Shown here: piece by piece, positions 1 to 9,086 of the stretch
Numbering within the stretch: position 1 is the first letter of the stretch
Layout: every line of letters begins with the position of its first letter
Source: a virus
Lineage: Duplodnaviria > Caudoviricetes
Length of the DNA: 64,000 bases
Reading direction: 5' to 3' (one strand)
IMG/VR virus record: IMGVR_UViG_3300043548_000091
Location: 1,620 to 65,619 of that record
Notes under the pieces: generated by a model
What the model was told of the DNA's origin: nothing
The model's input: the letters and a program-made list of their open reading frames with translations, nothing else
Database searches by the model: none
Program-made: the position numbers and the translations under genes

Positions 1-2
1 TC

Positions 3-179
3 ACTGAGGATGAGTTAGGGAAACGCTTAGATGTTGATCACTGCCACGAGTCCGGTAAAGTTCGGGGGTTGCTGTGCAATCCTTGCAACACCATGCTCGG
101 GCATGCGCGAGATAACGTTGCGGTGCTTGAGGCCGCAGTGAGCTATCTGAAAGAAAACGCAGGCGGGTACAAGTCGTGA
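3..179 (+). CDS. Endonuclease VII-family (His-Me finger) nuclease, 5'-truncated by window edge
   Basis: Hand translation of frame 3: TEDELGKRLDVDHCHESGKVRGLLCNPCNTMLGHARDNVAVLEAAVSYLKENAGGYKS*. The DHCH..G.VRGLLC..CN..LG pattern is the Endo VII signature. Confidence 0.85.
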   Translation, partial: TEDELGKRLDVDHCHESGKVRGLLCNPCNTMLGHARDNVAVLEAAVSYLKENAGGYKS

Positions 180-409
180 AGCAGCCGCAGCAGTCGCTCA
201 AAGACTGGACCGCCCAAAAATGGCGGACTAAGTCTGGTAAGCCGTCATCCAAGACGGGTGAGCGATACCTGCCCGAGAACGCCATCAAAGCGCTCAGCCC
301 TGCTGAGTACGCGGCCACAACCCGAGCCAAACGGGCGGGCAAAGCAGCGGGCAAGCAGTTTGTGGCGCAGCCTAAGACAGTCGCCAAGAAGACAGCGAGG
401 TTTCGATAA
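176..409 (+). CDS. Small basic phage protein (DUF5872-like)
   Basis: Sequence QSLKDWTAQKWRTKSGKPS..TGERYLP; GTGA overlap with the upstream stop and TAATG coupling downstream. Confidence 0.8.
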   Translation: MKQPQQSLKDWTAQKWRTKSGKPSSKTGERYLPENAIKALSPAEYAATTRAKRAGKAAGKQFVAQPKTVAKKTARFR

Positions 410-1107
410 TGGCCACTTCTGGCACCGCAACATTTAACCTCGATCTCGCGGAGATCGTGGAGGAAGCGTTCGAGCGCTGCGGTTCGGAGCTTCGCACGGG
501 TTATGACCTCAAGACCGCTCGGCGGTCTTTGAACCTGCTGTTTGCCGACTGGGCCAACCGGGGCGTGAACATGTGGACGTTCGAGCAGGGCACCCAGACC
601 CTGACTCCGGGCACCGCCACCTACAACCTGCCTACTGACACGGTGGACCTGTTGGAGCATGTGATCCGCACCGGTGCGGGCAACGTGGCAACGCAGGCCG
701 ACCTGACCATCACCCGGATCAGTGTTTCTACGTACGCCACGATTCCGAACAAGCTCCAGCAAGGTCGCCCTATCCAGATTTGGATCGAGCGCCTGAACAC
801 CCCGCGCTTTACTGTGTGGCCGGTGCCGGACAGCAGCCAGACCTATCAGTTGGTCTACTGGCGGCTGCGCCGTATTCAGGACGCGGGCAACGGCACCAAC
901 ACGATGGACATGCCGTTCCGGTTTCTCCCCTGCATGGTGGCGGGGCTGGCCTACTACCTGTCGATGAAGGTGCCGGGAGCCATGGACCGCATGCAGTCCC
1001 TCAAGGCCCAGTACGACGAGGCTTGGGAGATCGCCGCCACCGAGGACCGGGAAAAGGCTGCCGTGCGCTTTGTGCCGCGCCGCCAGTACTTGGGTAGCGG
1101 CACCTAA
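409..1107 (+). CDS. Head-tail adaptor / connector protein
   Basis: 232 aa, MATSGTATFNLDLAEIVEEAFERCG..ARRSLNLLFADWANRG, typical of this phage group; position follows the head genes. Confidence 0.75.
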   Translation: MATSGTATFNLDLAEIVEEAFERCGSELRTGYDLKTARRSLNLLFADWANRGVNMWTFEQGTQTLTPGTATYNLPTDTVDLLEHVIRTGAGNVATQADLTITRISVSTYATIPNKLQQGRPIQIWIERLNTPRFTVWPVPDSSQTYQLVYWRLRRIQDAGNGTNTMDMPFRFLPCMVAGLAYYLSMKVPGAMDRMQSLKAQYDEAWEIAATEDREKAAVRFVPRRQYLGSGT

Positions 1108-1496
1108 TGGCCAATCGGTTCGCCTCCGGCAAAAACGCCATCGCGATGTGCGATCGGTGCGGGCAGCGCTATAAGCTGACGGAGTTGAAGACCGAGATCA
1201 TTAAAACTAAAAGGTACCAGCTTTTGGTTTGTCCCACGTGCTGGGACCCTGACCAGCCGCAGTTGCAGTTGGGCATGTATCCGGTGGACGACCCGCAGGC
1301 GCTGCGCAATCCACGTCCGGACAGCACGTATCGAATCGCGGGCACGGGCCCGGACGGCTCCACCACGGGCGGCAGCAGGATCATTCAGTGGGGGTGGAAC
1401 CCGGTGGGGGGCGCGTCGTTTTTCGATGCGGCGCTTACTCCAAACGACTTGGTTTCCACCGTGCAAATTGGTACAGTCGAGGTAGTCACGACATAA
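1107..1496 (+). CDS. Hypothetical protein with CxxC...CxxC zinc-binding motif
   Basis: 129 aa with CDRC and CPTC; TAATG translational coupling. Confidence 0.8.
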   Translation: MANRFASGKNAIAMCDRCGQRYKLTELKTEIIKTKRYQLLVCPTCWDPDQPQLQLGMYPVDDPQALRNPRPDSTYRIAGTGPDGSTTGGSRIIQWGWNPVGGASFFDAALTPNDLVSTVQIGTVEVVTT

Positions 1497-1506
1497 GGAG
1501 TCGAAC

Positions 1507-1671
1507 ATGGACGCTAAAACCGCAGTGCGCAAGCACGAAAAAAACATGCACCCGGGCAAGGCCCCGACCAAAATGCGCGCCGGTGGCAAGACCAACGCCG
1601 ACATGCTCAAGATGGGCCGTGGCCTTGCCAAGGTTGCGAACCAGAAGTCCCCCGGTCGAAAAGGAGCCTGA
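1507..1671 (+). CDS. Small basic protein (54 aa)
   Basis: Hand translation MDAKTAVRKHEKNMHPGKAPTKMRAGGK...; SD TAAGGAG upstream. Confidence 0.75.
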   Translation: MDAKTAVRKHEKNMHPGKAPTKMRAGGKTNADMLKMGRGLAKVANQKSPGRKGA

Positions 1672-1672
1672 C

Positions 1673-1870
1673 ATGGCCACCTATCGCAACCCCACGTACA
1701 AGCCGCTGGAGCCTGCGGGCACCATGCCGGTCAAAGAAGCGCTGAGCAAGAACGTGTCTGTCGCTACTGAGCGCACGAATCCTTATCCGGAGACCAAAAC
1801 CTCTGGCATCAAGATTCGTGGCACGGGTGCGGCCACCAAAGGCGTGATGGCTCGCGGCCCGATGGCTTGA
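1673..1870 (+). CDS. Small basic protein (65 aa)
   Basis: MATYRNP...KTSGIKIRGTGAATKGVMARGPMA; SD AAGGAG supports the start at 1673 rather than 1388. Confidence 0.8.
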   Translation: MATYRNPTYKPLEPAGTMPVKEALSKNVSVATERTNPYPETKTSGIKIRGTGAATKGVMARGPMA

Positions 1871-1878
1871 GGTACTGA

Positions 1879-2586
1879 ATGAACTACGCCGAGTTGGTCA
1901 CTGCAATTCAGGACTACACTGAGAACACGTTTGATTACGGGACCACCCCGTCGATCATCAACACGTTCATCAAGCAGGCCGAGCAGCGCATCTACAACTC
2001 GGTGCAGTTTCCGTCGCTGCGCAAAAACGTCACAGGATCGACGACCTCCGGGAACAAGTACCTGTCTGCCCCCACCGACTTCCTGTCGGTGTATTCGATG
2101 GCCGTCATCGACGGCACGGGCAATTACGAGTACTTGCTCAACAAGGACGTGAACTTCATCCGGCAGGCGTACCCTAACCCGGCCAGCACGGGTATTCCCA
2201 AGTACTACGCGCTGTTTGGTCCGACGACCACGGGCAGCCCCAACCCGGTGTTGACGGATGAACTGTCGTTCATCTTGGGCCCCACGCCGGACAGCCAGTA
2301 CTCGGTAGAGCTTCACTACTTCTTCTACCCCGAGTCCATCACGGTGGCAGCGGACGGGCAGACTTGGCTGGGCGACAACTTTGACTCGGTGCTGCTGTAT
2401 GGCTCGCTGGTCGAGGCGTACACCTACATGAAGGGCGAGACCGACATGATGGCGCTGTATGCGCAGCGGTATGCCGAAGCGCTGAATATGGCCAAGCGTC
2501 TGGGTGACGGTCTGGAGCGCAGTGATGCGTACCGCAGTGGGCAGTTCCGGGTGGCACCGCTACCGCAGAATAACGGGGTTGCCTGA
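1879..2586 (+). CDS. Virion structural protein (adaptor / tail tubular A-like)
   Basis: 235 aa, MNYAELVTAIQDYTEN..FIKQAEQRIYN..LLYGSLVEAYTYMKG; SD GAGG. Confidence 0.7.
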   Translation: MNYAELVTAIQDYTENTFDYGTTPSIINTFIKQAEQRIYNSVQFPSLRKNVTGSTTSGNKYLSAPTDFLSVYSMAVIDGTGNYEYLLNKDVNFIRQAYPNPASTGIPKYYALFGPTTTGSPNPVLTDELSFILGPTPDSQYSVELHYFFYPESITVAADGQTWLGDNFDSVLLYGSLVEAYTYMKGETDMMALYAQRYAEALNMAKRLGDGLERSDAYRSGQFRVAPLPQNNGVA

Positions 2587-3002
2587 TGGCTTTTACCGGC
2601 AACGCCACTTGCAGTGTATTCAAGCTCGGCTTGATGAAGGGCGACTTCGACTTCGATTCGGACACCTTCTACATAGCGCTGTACACCAACGCTGCGTCGT
2701 TGGGCGTGGACACCACCGAGTACACCACTGCGGGTGAGGTTGTTGCGGCGGGGTATACCGCTGGCGGCGAAGCGCTGACTGTGAGCACGACACCCGTGCT
2801 TGGCGGCACCACCGCATACATCTCGTTTTCAAACGTGTCGTGGTCAGGGGCGTTCACGGCGCGCGGTGCGTTGATCTACAAGCCCGGGACCGATGGCGCA
2901 GTGTGCGTGCTGGACTTTGGCGCGGACAAGACCTCGACGACAACTTTCACGGTGCAGTTCCCCGCTGCCACCAACACTTCGGCAATCATCAGAATCGCAT
3001 AA
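2586..3002 (+). CDS. Putative virion structural protein
   Basis: 138 aa, Thr/Gly-rich beta-type sequence in the tail cluster; TGATG coupling. Confidence 0.75.
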   Translation: MAFTGNATCSVFKLGLMKGDFDFDSDTFYIALYTNAASLGVDTTEYTTAGEVVAAGYTAGGEALTVSTTPVLGGTTAYISFSNVSWSGAFTARGALIYKPGTDGAVCVLDFGADKTSTTTFTVQFPAATNTSAIIRIA

Positions 3003-3011
3003 GGAGCGACC

Positions 3012-3533
3012 ATGTTCAACGAAAAAGTTAAAGCGGGTGGCGTGTTCACCGTGCAGTGTTTCGATCAAGACGGCAACCTGAAGTGGCAAGCCGAGAAGCA
3101 CAACCTCGTGGTCAACGTCGGCCTCAAGGACATGAACGACAAATACTTCACCGGCAGCGCCTACACTGCTGCGTGGTACATCGGCCTGTACGGCGCGGGC
3201 GCGTCTAACACCCCGAACGCTTCGGACACCATGTCTTCGCACGCGGGCTGGACGGAAGTCACGGCATATAGCCAATCCACCCGCCCCGCTGCCACTTTTG
3301 CTGCGGCCACTACTGCGGACCCCTCGGTCATCACCAACACCGCCTCTCCGGCAACGTTCAGCATCAACGGCACGACCACTGTCGGCGGCGCGTTCCTGAC
3401 CAGCGATAACACCAAAGGCGGCTCGACGGGCATCCTGTTCTCCGCCTCGGACTTCCAGTCTCCCGGCGATCGCTCGGTGGTCAACGGTGACACGCTGACT
3501 GTGACCTACACCTTCAGCCTCGACGCTGCATAA
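3012..3533 (+). CDS. Putative virion structural protein
   Basis: 173 aa with HNLVVNVG motif; strong SD TAAGGAG. Confidence 0.75.
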   Translation: MFNEKVKAGGVFTVQCFDQDGNLKWQAEKHNLVVNVGLKDMNDKYFTGSAYTAAWYIGLYGAGASNTPNASDTMSSHAGWTEVTAYSQSTRPAATFAAATTADPSVITNTASPATFSINGTTTVGGAFLTSDNTKGGSTGILFSASDFQSPGDRSVVNGDTLTVTYTFSLDAA

Positions 3534-3542
3534 GGAGCCGAC

Positions 3543-3722
3543 ATGGCCACCGCGTTCAAGAAGGGCGACGTTGTAAAGCTGACCACCGTGGTGCCGCAAG
3601 GCCCCGTGCTGGCTCTGCGAATGGACGACAGCGGCATCATCCAATACCTCGTGGAGTGGGTGGATGCCAATGGTGTCACGCAACAACGCTGGTTCGACGA
3701 AGACCAACTGACGGGGGCCTGA
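3543..3722 (+). CDS. Small YodC/DUF2158-like protein
   Basis: Hand translation MATAFKKGDVVKL..GP..YLVEW..RWFDEDQL (59 aa); SD TAAGGAG. Confidence 0.7.
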   Translation: MATAFKKGDVVKLTTVVPQGPVLALRMDDSGIIQYLVEWVDANGVTQQRWFDEDQLTGA

Positions 3723-3723
3723 T

Positions 3724-4182
3724 ATGGCCTTCGTCCTTGCGGATCGAGTCCGCGAGACTACGACAACGACCGGCACCGGTACGGTGACGCTGGCGGGGGC
3801 CGTCACGGGGTTTCAAACCTTTGCGGCTATCGGCAACGCCAACATCACCTACTACACCATCGCTGGGCAGGGCACCTCCGAGTGGGAGGTGGGCATCGGC
3901 ACGTATACGTCTTCAGGCACGACGCTGTCCCGGGACACGGTGCTGGCCTCCAGCAACTCCGGCTCGCTCGTCAACTTCTCCGCTGGCACCAAGGACGTGT
4001 TCTGTGACTATCCCGCTGGTCGGGCGGTCATCGGCGGCATGGGCTACATCGAGAACGCAGCCACCATCACCACGTCTTCGACAATCAACACGGGGAACAA
4101 CGCGATCAGCGGTGGTCCGGTCACGATTTCTGCCGGGGTGTCGGTGACGGTGCCCTCCGGCTCCGTGTGGACGGTCGTCTGA
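3724..4182 (+). CDS. Tail fibre-associated protein
   Basis: MAFVLADRVRETTTTTGTG..EWEVGIGTY N-terminus; C-terminal GPVTI..VTVPSGSVWTVV module. Confidence 0.75.
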   Translation: MAFVLADRVRETTTTTGTGTVTLAGAVTGFQTFAAIGNANITYYTIAGQGTSEWEVGIGTYTSSGTTLSRDTVLASSNSGSLVNFSAGTKDVFCDYPAGRAVIGGMGYIENAATITTSSTINTGNNAISGGPVTISAGVSVTVPSGSVWTVV

Positions 4183-5267
4183 TGTTTGGCTTCTACGCGT
4201 TCTCCACAACCGCCTTCTCCGCGCTGGCGGGGAACGTGTTCACGGCTGCGGTTATCGAAAGCGCCACGGCGCAGGATGTGCAGGTTGCCAACTTGTCCGT
4301 TCCTGCCTCGGTCAGTGAGTCAGCCACAGGTTCGGACGCGACTGCTGCACGTATCACTTTTGGTACGGCTGTCTCCGAGACTGCAACAGGTTCTGACGCG
4401 GTTGCTTCCGCTGCCACGTTTGGCGGGGTGATTGATGAGTCGGCGGCAGGCACGGATACGGTGTCGGCGGCAGCGACGTTCTTGAGTGACGTTAGCGAAA
4501 CTGCCACGGGCACGGACACGGTTTCTTCCGTCCCGAACTACGCCGTCAGCGTTTCCGAGACTGCCACGGGCAGCGATGCTGTTCTGGCTGGGGCGGTGCT
4601 CACCTCGCAGATTTCCGAGACTGCCGAAGGCGTGGACTTCACGTTCACCCAACACGCTGTGTTCGGGGTGGTGGATGAGGGTGCTAGCGGCACGGACAGT
4701 GTTTCGGCAAAAGCTACGTTCCCGATGGCAGTCAGTGAGTCCGTGCAAGGGGCCGACACCATCAGCAGTGTCCCGACGTACGCAACCCGGGTGAATGAAA
4801 GCGCGGCAGGGTCCGAGACCGTGTCCTCCGTGCCGGTTTATTCCGCCCAGATTGCTGAGTCTGCGGCGGGGATCGACGCTACGGCGTCCAGCTTCACCTT
4901 CTTTGGCGCGGTGCTGGAGAATGCGCAGGCGGCTGACGCGGCAGCGGGGCAAGTGGCTTTTGGAGCACGAGTTGCTGAGTCGGCTACAGGCACGGATGCT
5001 ATTTCTGCGGCAGCGACGTTCCCTGTGTCGGTCAACGAGTCGGCTACGGCACAAGACGCCTTTGCGGTCATCGCAGCGTTTGCTGCCCTAATTCAAGAAA
5101 ACGTAAACGCGGCGGACCAGATCATGGCCCGCCTGAAATGGGAATTGATTGTCGATACCCAGAGCGCTGGATGGACCGTAATTGATGACACTGGGCCCTC
5201 CTCGTGGCAAAATGTTTCAACCTCGGCTGACGCTGGCTGGCGCAATATCGACACGAAGGAGCCTTAA
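4182..5267 (+). CDS. Repeat-rich virion fibre protein (about 20-aa repeats)
   Basis: Many tandem VSE[ST]A[TA]G[TS]D units; start at 4182 by TGATG coupling (MFGFYAFS). Confidence 0.75.
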   Translation: MFGFYAFSTTAFSALAGNVFTAAVIESATAQDVQVANLSVPASVSESATGSDATAARITFGTAVSETATGSDAVASAATFGGVIDESAAGTDTVSAAATFLSDVSETATGTDTVSSVPNYAVSVSETATGSDAVLAGAVLTSQISETAEGVDFTFTQHAVFGVVDEGASGTDSVSAKATFPMAVSESVQGADTISSVPTYATRVNESAAGSETVSSVPVYSAQIAESAAGIDATASSFTFFGAVLENAQAADAAAGQVAFGARVAESATGTDAISAAATFPVSVNESATAQDAFAVIAAFAALIQENVNAADQIMARLKWELIVDTQSAGWTVIDDTGPSSWQNVSTSADAGWRNIDTKEP

Positions 5268-5858
5268 ATGCCATCCGCATACACCTCGCTGCTTGGATTC
5301 GTGCAGCCCGTCACCGGGGAACTGACCAATACTTGGGGCACGGCGGTCAACAACCAGTTGACCCAACTGATCGAAGATTCGATTGCCGCGACTTCCACGG
5401 CCAGCGTGACTGCTGGGGACTGGACGCTTTCTACCACTGCTGGCGGTGCTCAGAACGAAGCTCGCACAGCCATTCTGATTGCCACCGGCACGCCGGGAAC
5501 TGCGCGGGTTGTTTACGCCCCCAAGCAGAGCAAGACCTACGTCGTCATCAACAACAGCGACAGCACCCTGTCGCTCAAAGGTGGCCCCGGTTCTCCGACG
5601 ACCGGTATTGCGGTGGCTGCTGGGGACTCGGTGCTGGCTGCGTGGGACTCGGGCGTAGGTGACTTCGTCAAGGTAGCTGGCGGTGGCGGTGGCGCTACCG
5701 GTGGCGGTGCCAACCAAGTATTTTTTGAAAACGACCAGACGGTGACCAACAACTACACCATCCCCGGCAACAAGAACGCCGGTACGTTTGGCCCCATCAC
5801 GGTGGGCAGCGGTGTGACGGTGACGGTGTCGTCCGGCGCGGTGTGGACTGTGGTCTAA
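5268..5858 (+). CDS. Tail fibre base protein
   Basis: TGE...TWG..VN N-terminus; GGGATGGGANQVFFENDQTVT..VWTVV C-terminus. Confidence 0.75.
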   Translation: MPSAYTSLLGFVQPVTGELTNTWGTAVNNQLTQLIEDSIAATSTASVTAGDWTLSTTAGGAQNEARTAILIATGTPGTARVVYAPKQSKTYVVINNSDSTLSLKGGPGSPTTGIAVAAGDSVLAAWDSGVGDFVKVAGGGGGATGGGANQVFFENDQTVTNNYTIPGNKNAGTFGPITVGSGVTVTVSSGAVWTVV

Positions 5859-5871
5859 GGAAGGAATTGAA

Positions 5872-6531
5872 ATGCCAGTAACGATTAACGGCTCTACCGG
5901 AATTACCGGGCCTGACGGCAGCGCATCTACGCCCTCACTTGCGGGCGGCGACTCCAACACCGGGATGTTCTTCCCCGCCGCTGACACGGTGGCTATTGCT
6001 ACGGGCGGCACAGAGGCAATGCGTATTGACTCCAGCGGGAACATAACGGTTAAAGACAAAATTCAATTTGGCATTGACGCGCAGACAAACATTCAAGCGG
6101 GTGGAACAAATGATGTAGACCTTATTGTTGCGGCCGACACCAATCTTCGTTTCGAAACTTCGACAAACGAGCAGGCCCGCATCACCTCTGCTGGTTTGTT
6201 TCAGTTCAACTCGGGTTACGGCTCAGTGGCCACGGCCTACGGCTGCCGCGCATGGGTGAACTTCAACGGAACTGGCACGGTGGCGATTCGTGCGAGCGGC
6301 AACGTGTCGAGCATTACCGATAACGGCACAGGTCAATATACCGTTAACTTAACTTCTGCCATGCCGGACGCCAACGCCGCTCCTGTTGTTTCAGCCAGTG
6401 ATAACAGCCTAGGGCAAAGGGCTTCAGGTGCGCATATGGCGTCAAGCTCATCCGTTCGTGTGGGAACGTTTTATCCTGCCATAAATTCATTTGAAGACTC
6501 GGCAGTGGTTTCTGTGGCCGTCTTCCGTTAA
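5872..6531 (+). CDS. Tail fibre / receptor-binding protein
   Basis: EAMRIDSSGN fibre repeat; C-terminal CRAWVNFNGTG..NVSSITDNGTG.Y domain. Confidence 0.75.
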   Translation: MPVTINGSTGITGPDGSASTPSLAGGDSNTGMFFPAADTVAIATGGTEAMRIDSSGNITVKDKIQFGIDAQTNIQAGGTNDVDLIVAADTNLRFETSTNEQARITSAGLFQFNSGYGSVATAYGCRAWVNFNGTGTVAIRASGNVSSITDNGTGQYTVNLTSAMPDANAAPVVSASDNSLGQRASGAHMASSSSVRVGTFYPAINSFEDSAVVSVAVFR

Positions 6532-6540
6532 GGATTAATC

Positions 6541-6732
6541 ATGAACCAACGCATCATTTACCCTACTGACGATGGTGGCGTGGTGGTCATCATCCCCGCG
6601 CCAGAGTGCGGCCTGACCATCGAAGAGATTGCGGTTAAGGATGTGCCTGCGGGCAAGCCATTCAAGATCGTGGATGTGGCGAATATCCCGGCTGACCGCA
6701 CGTTCCGCGCTGCATGGGAGTACCAAGCATGA
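6541..6732 (+). CDS. Putative fibre assembly chaperone
   Basis: 63 aa, IAxKDVP..IPADRTFRAAW, directly after a fibre gene. Confidence 0.65.
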   Translation: MNQRIIYPTDDGGVVVIIPAPECGLTIEEIAVKDVPAGKPFKIVDVANIPADRTFRAAWEYQA

Positions 6733-6968
6733 TCGTGATTAACGTCACCAAAGCTAAAGCCATCGGCCACGACATGCGTCGTGCTGCGCGTGCTGTAGAG
6801 TTTGCGCCCTACGACGACGCTATTGCGAAGCAGATTCCCGGTCAGGCAGAAGGTGCTGAAGCAGCCCGTCAGTTAATCCGTGAGAAGTATGCTGCCATCC
6901 AAACGGCGATTGATGCGGCTGTTACCCCGGATGAAATCAAGGCCGCGCTTGAAGGAGCCGCACAATGA
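6729..6968 (+). CDS. Putative fibre assembly chaperone
   Basis: MIVINVTKAKAIGHDMRRAAR..; ATGA overlaps on both sides. Confidence 0.65.
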   Translation: MIVINVTKAKAIGHDMRRAARAVEFAPYDDAIAKQIPGQAEGAEAARQLIREKYAAIQTAIDAAVTPDEIKAALEGAAQ

Positions 6969-7534
6969 GCCAAGTAAAAATTTCGGGCAACGCCTCGGGC
7001 ACCGGCATCTTCACGATTGCCTCGCCCAACGGCAATACGGATCGCACGCTGACGCTGCCGGATAACACCGGCACGATCTTGACGACTGGCACGGCAGGTG
7101 TGCCTGTGAACGGCCCGGCGTTTAGCGCTTACGCCAGCGGCGCTCAAAGTATCAATAACGCGACTGCAACAAAAATAGCCTTTCAAACTGAAGAGTTCGA
7201 CACCAATAGCTGTTACGACAACGCCACGAACTATCGCTTTACGCCAACGGTTGCAGGGTATTACCAAGTCAACGCGGGCATCAACTGGGGCGGTTGGACT
7301 TCGACTTACACGTTCATTATGGTTTATAAAAACGGTGCGGAATTAAAGCGTGGAAGTTCGGTTCCTAATAACGCAGTGGGCCTAAACAATACGATTTCTT
7401 GTCTTGTCTACCTCAATGGTTCGACAGATTACGTCGAGATTTATGGGCAGCATAACAATGGCAGCGCGCAGAGCACTTCCGCTTTCGGCCCGTCAGCGGT
7501 CTTTTTCCAGGCCTCAATGGTGAGGGGTGCATGA
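6965..7534 (+). CDS. Fibre tip protein with C1q/TNF-like domain
   Basis: PAFSAY..KIAFQTEEFDT..RFTPTVAGYYQVN..LNGSTDYVEIY is a C1q-like pattern. Confidence 0.7.
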   Translation: MSQVKISGNASGTGIFTIASPNGNTDRTLTLPDNTGTILTTGTAGVPVNGPAFSAYASGAQSINNATATKIAFQTEEFDTNSCYDNATNYRFTPTVAGYYQVNAGINWGGWTSTYTFIMVYKNGAELKRGSSVPNNAVGLNNTISCLVYLNGSTDYVEIYGQHNNGSAQSTSAFGPSAVFFQASMVRGA

Positions 7535-7695
7535 TGAGCTTGTACGACAAAATCAAGGCCTTGTATCCGCAGCTTACTGATGCGGACTTCACGACCGTCA
7601 TCACGCTGCAAAACGACAGCGATGGCCGTGGCGACTACATCGCCAAGTGGGAACACCCGACGCTTGCGCGTCCGACTGAGGAGCAACTGGCATGA
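7531..7695 (+). CDS. XkdW-like small chaperone
   Basis: Hand translation MMSLYDKIKALYP..DF..LQNDSDGRGDYIAKWEHPTLARPTEEQLA; ATGA overlaps. Confidence 0.7.
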   Translation: MMSLYDKIKALYPQLTDADFTTVITLQNDSDGRGDYIAKWEHPTLARPTEEQLA

Positions 7696-8807
7696 GCCTC
7701 GTAAAAGCAAACACCTACCAAGACGCCAGCGGCGGCAGCAATGCTGTCTTCTCCGGGGTCGCCAGCCCGCCCAACTCGATGGGGTTTCGCAACCGCATCA
7801 TCAACGGCAACATGGCCATCGATCAGCGAAATGCTGGGGCGAGTGTGACGCCAACGGCAGATTCCACATATACGCTAGACCGATGGATGGCCCGCTTGGG
7901 AATTTCTTCCAAATTTTCTGTTCAGCAGAACGCTGGGTCCGTAACGCCTCCGACGGGCTTTTCCAACTATCTGGGGGTTACGTCCCTTGCGGCCACAACT
8001 GTGGCTTCTGGTGATTATTACGGCATTCAGCAATCAATTGAAGGGTTCAATGTTTCCGATCTTGGGTGGGGCACTGCATCAGCTCAATCCGTTACGTTGT
8101 CTTTTCAGGTCAGAAGTTCTCTGACCGGCACGTTTAGCGGTGTGCTGAAAAATTCTGGTTTTAATCGTTCGTACCCGTTTACGTTCACGATCAGCAGCGC
8201 AAACACGTGGGAAACAAAAACAATCACGATTGCCGGAGATACGTCTGGCACATGGCTGAGTAATAACGGGATAGGTATCCAAGTTATTTTTAACTTGGGT
8301 TATGGCTCATCTCTTTTAGGAACTGCGGGGGTTTGGGCGGCATCAAACTTGGGCGGTGCTACCGGCTCGGTTAACGTAGTCGGCACCAACGGAGCCACCT
8401 TCTACATCACCGGCGTCCAGCTTGAAGCTGGCACCAACGCCTCGGCCTTCGAGCAGATCGACTACGGGCGCGAGTTGATGATGTGTCAACGGTATTTCTG
8501 CAACTCAGTCAACACAAACAACATCACTTCAGGCGGCGCCGGGTTGTTCTACGCATGGTCAACAAGCGAAGCTGGCGGTCGCGTTGGATTCCCGGTTCAA
8601 ATGAGAGCAACGCCAACGATTGTGACTTACGACAACGCAGGTGCCAGCGGTAGTGGAAATATGCACAACACGGGTACTGGGGCAAACATCACTGGGGTGA
8701 CTGCCGACTGGATCAATTCGGCGGCATGGACGCACATTACAAAATCTGCCGGGTGGTCAGCACAAAACATGATTGTTGCTGGCTGGACGGCTTCTGCGGA
8801 GCTATAA
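7692..8807 (+). CDS. Carbohydrate-binding tail fibre protein
   Basis: FRNRIINGNM.IDQR, DRW, ITGVQLE.G and EL..CQRY motifs. Confidence 0.75.
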   Translation: MSLVKANTYQDASGGSNAVFSGVASPPNSMGFRNRIINGNMAIDQRNAGASVTPTADSTYTLDRWMARLGISSKFSVQQNAGSVTPPTGFSNYLGVTSLAATTVASGDYYGIQQSIEGFNVSDLGWGTASAQSVTLSFQVRSSLTGTFSGVLKNSGFNRSYPFTFTISSANTWETKTITIAGDTSGTWLSNNGIGIQVIFNLGYGSSLLGTAGVWAASNLGGATGSVNVVGTNGATFYITGVQLEAGTNASAFEQIDYGRELMMCQRYFCNSVNTNNITSGGAGLFYAWSTSEAGGRVGFPVQMRATPTIVTYDNAGASGSGNMHNTGTGANITGVTADWINSAAWTHITKSAGWSAQNMIVAGWTASAEL

Positions 8808-8808
8808 G

Positions 8809-8973
8809 ATGCCTGAATATAAACTAGCGCCAAGCACTTCATATGGCGAGTCGCAAGTCGTTATAAGACTTGCTGACTTTGCGTCCATTCCCAAAGACCC
8901 CGCCAACACCGACTATCAGGCATACCTGAAGTGGCTGGAAGAAGGCAACACCCCGCTGCCTGCTGAGGAGTAA
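8809..8973 (+). CDS. Putative fibre assembly chaperone
   Basis: IPKDPANTDYQAYLKWLEEGNTP motif following a fibre gene. Confidence 0.7.
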   Translation: MPEYKLAPSTSYGESQVVIRLADFASIPKDPANTDYQAYLKWLEEGNTPLPAEE

Positions 8974-8976
8974 ACC

Positions 8977-9084
8977 ATGTTGGACTGGCTGGTCTCCTTC
9001 TTGGTGGCCGCCGGTGTAGTAGCGGCTATTGTTTTGCTGGTGTACTACACAGTCCCCGTGCTCTTGGTTTTATTTCGTGGCTGA
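8977..9084 (+). CDS. Small membrane peptide (35 aa)
   Basis: MLDWLVSFLVAAGVVAAIVLLVYYTVPVLLVLFRG; SD GAGGAG. Confidence 0.55.
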   Translation: MLDWLVSFLVAAGVVAAIVLLVYYTVPVLLVLFRG

Positions 9085-9086
9085 AC

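Noticed and set aside
5872-8807. Diversity-generating retroelement acting on fibre tips
   Set aside because: No reverse transcriptase and no template/variable repeat pair differing at adenines was seen.
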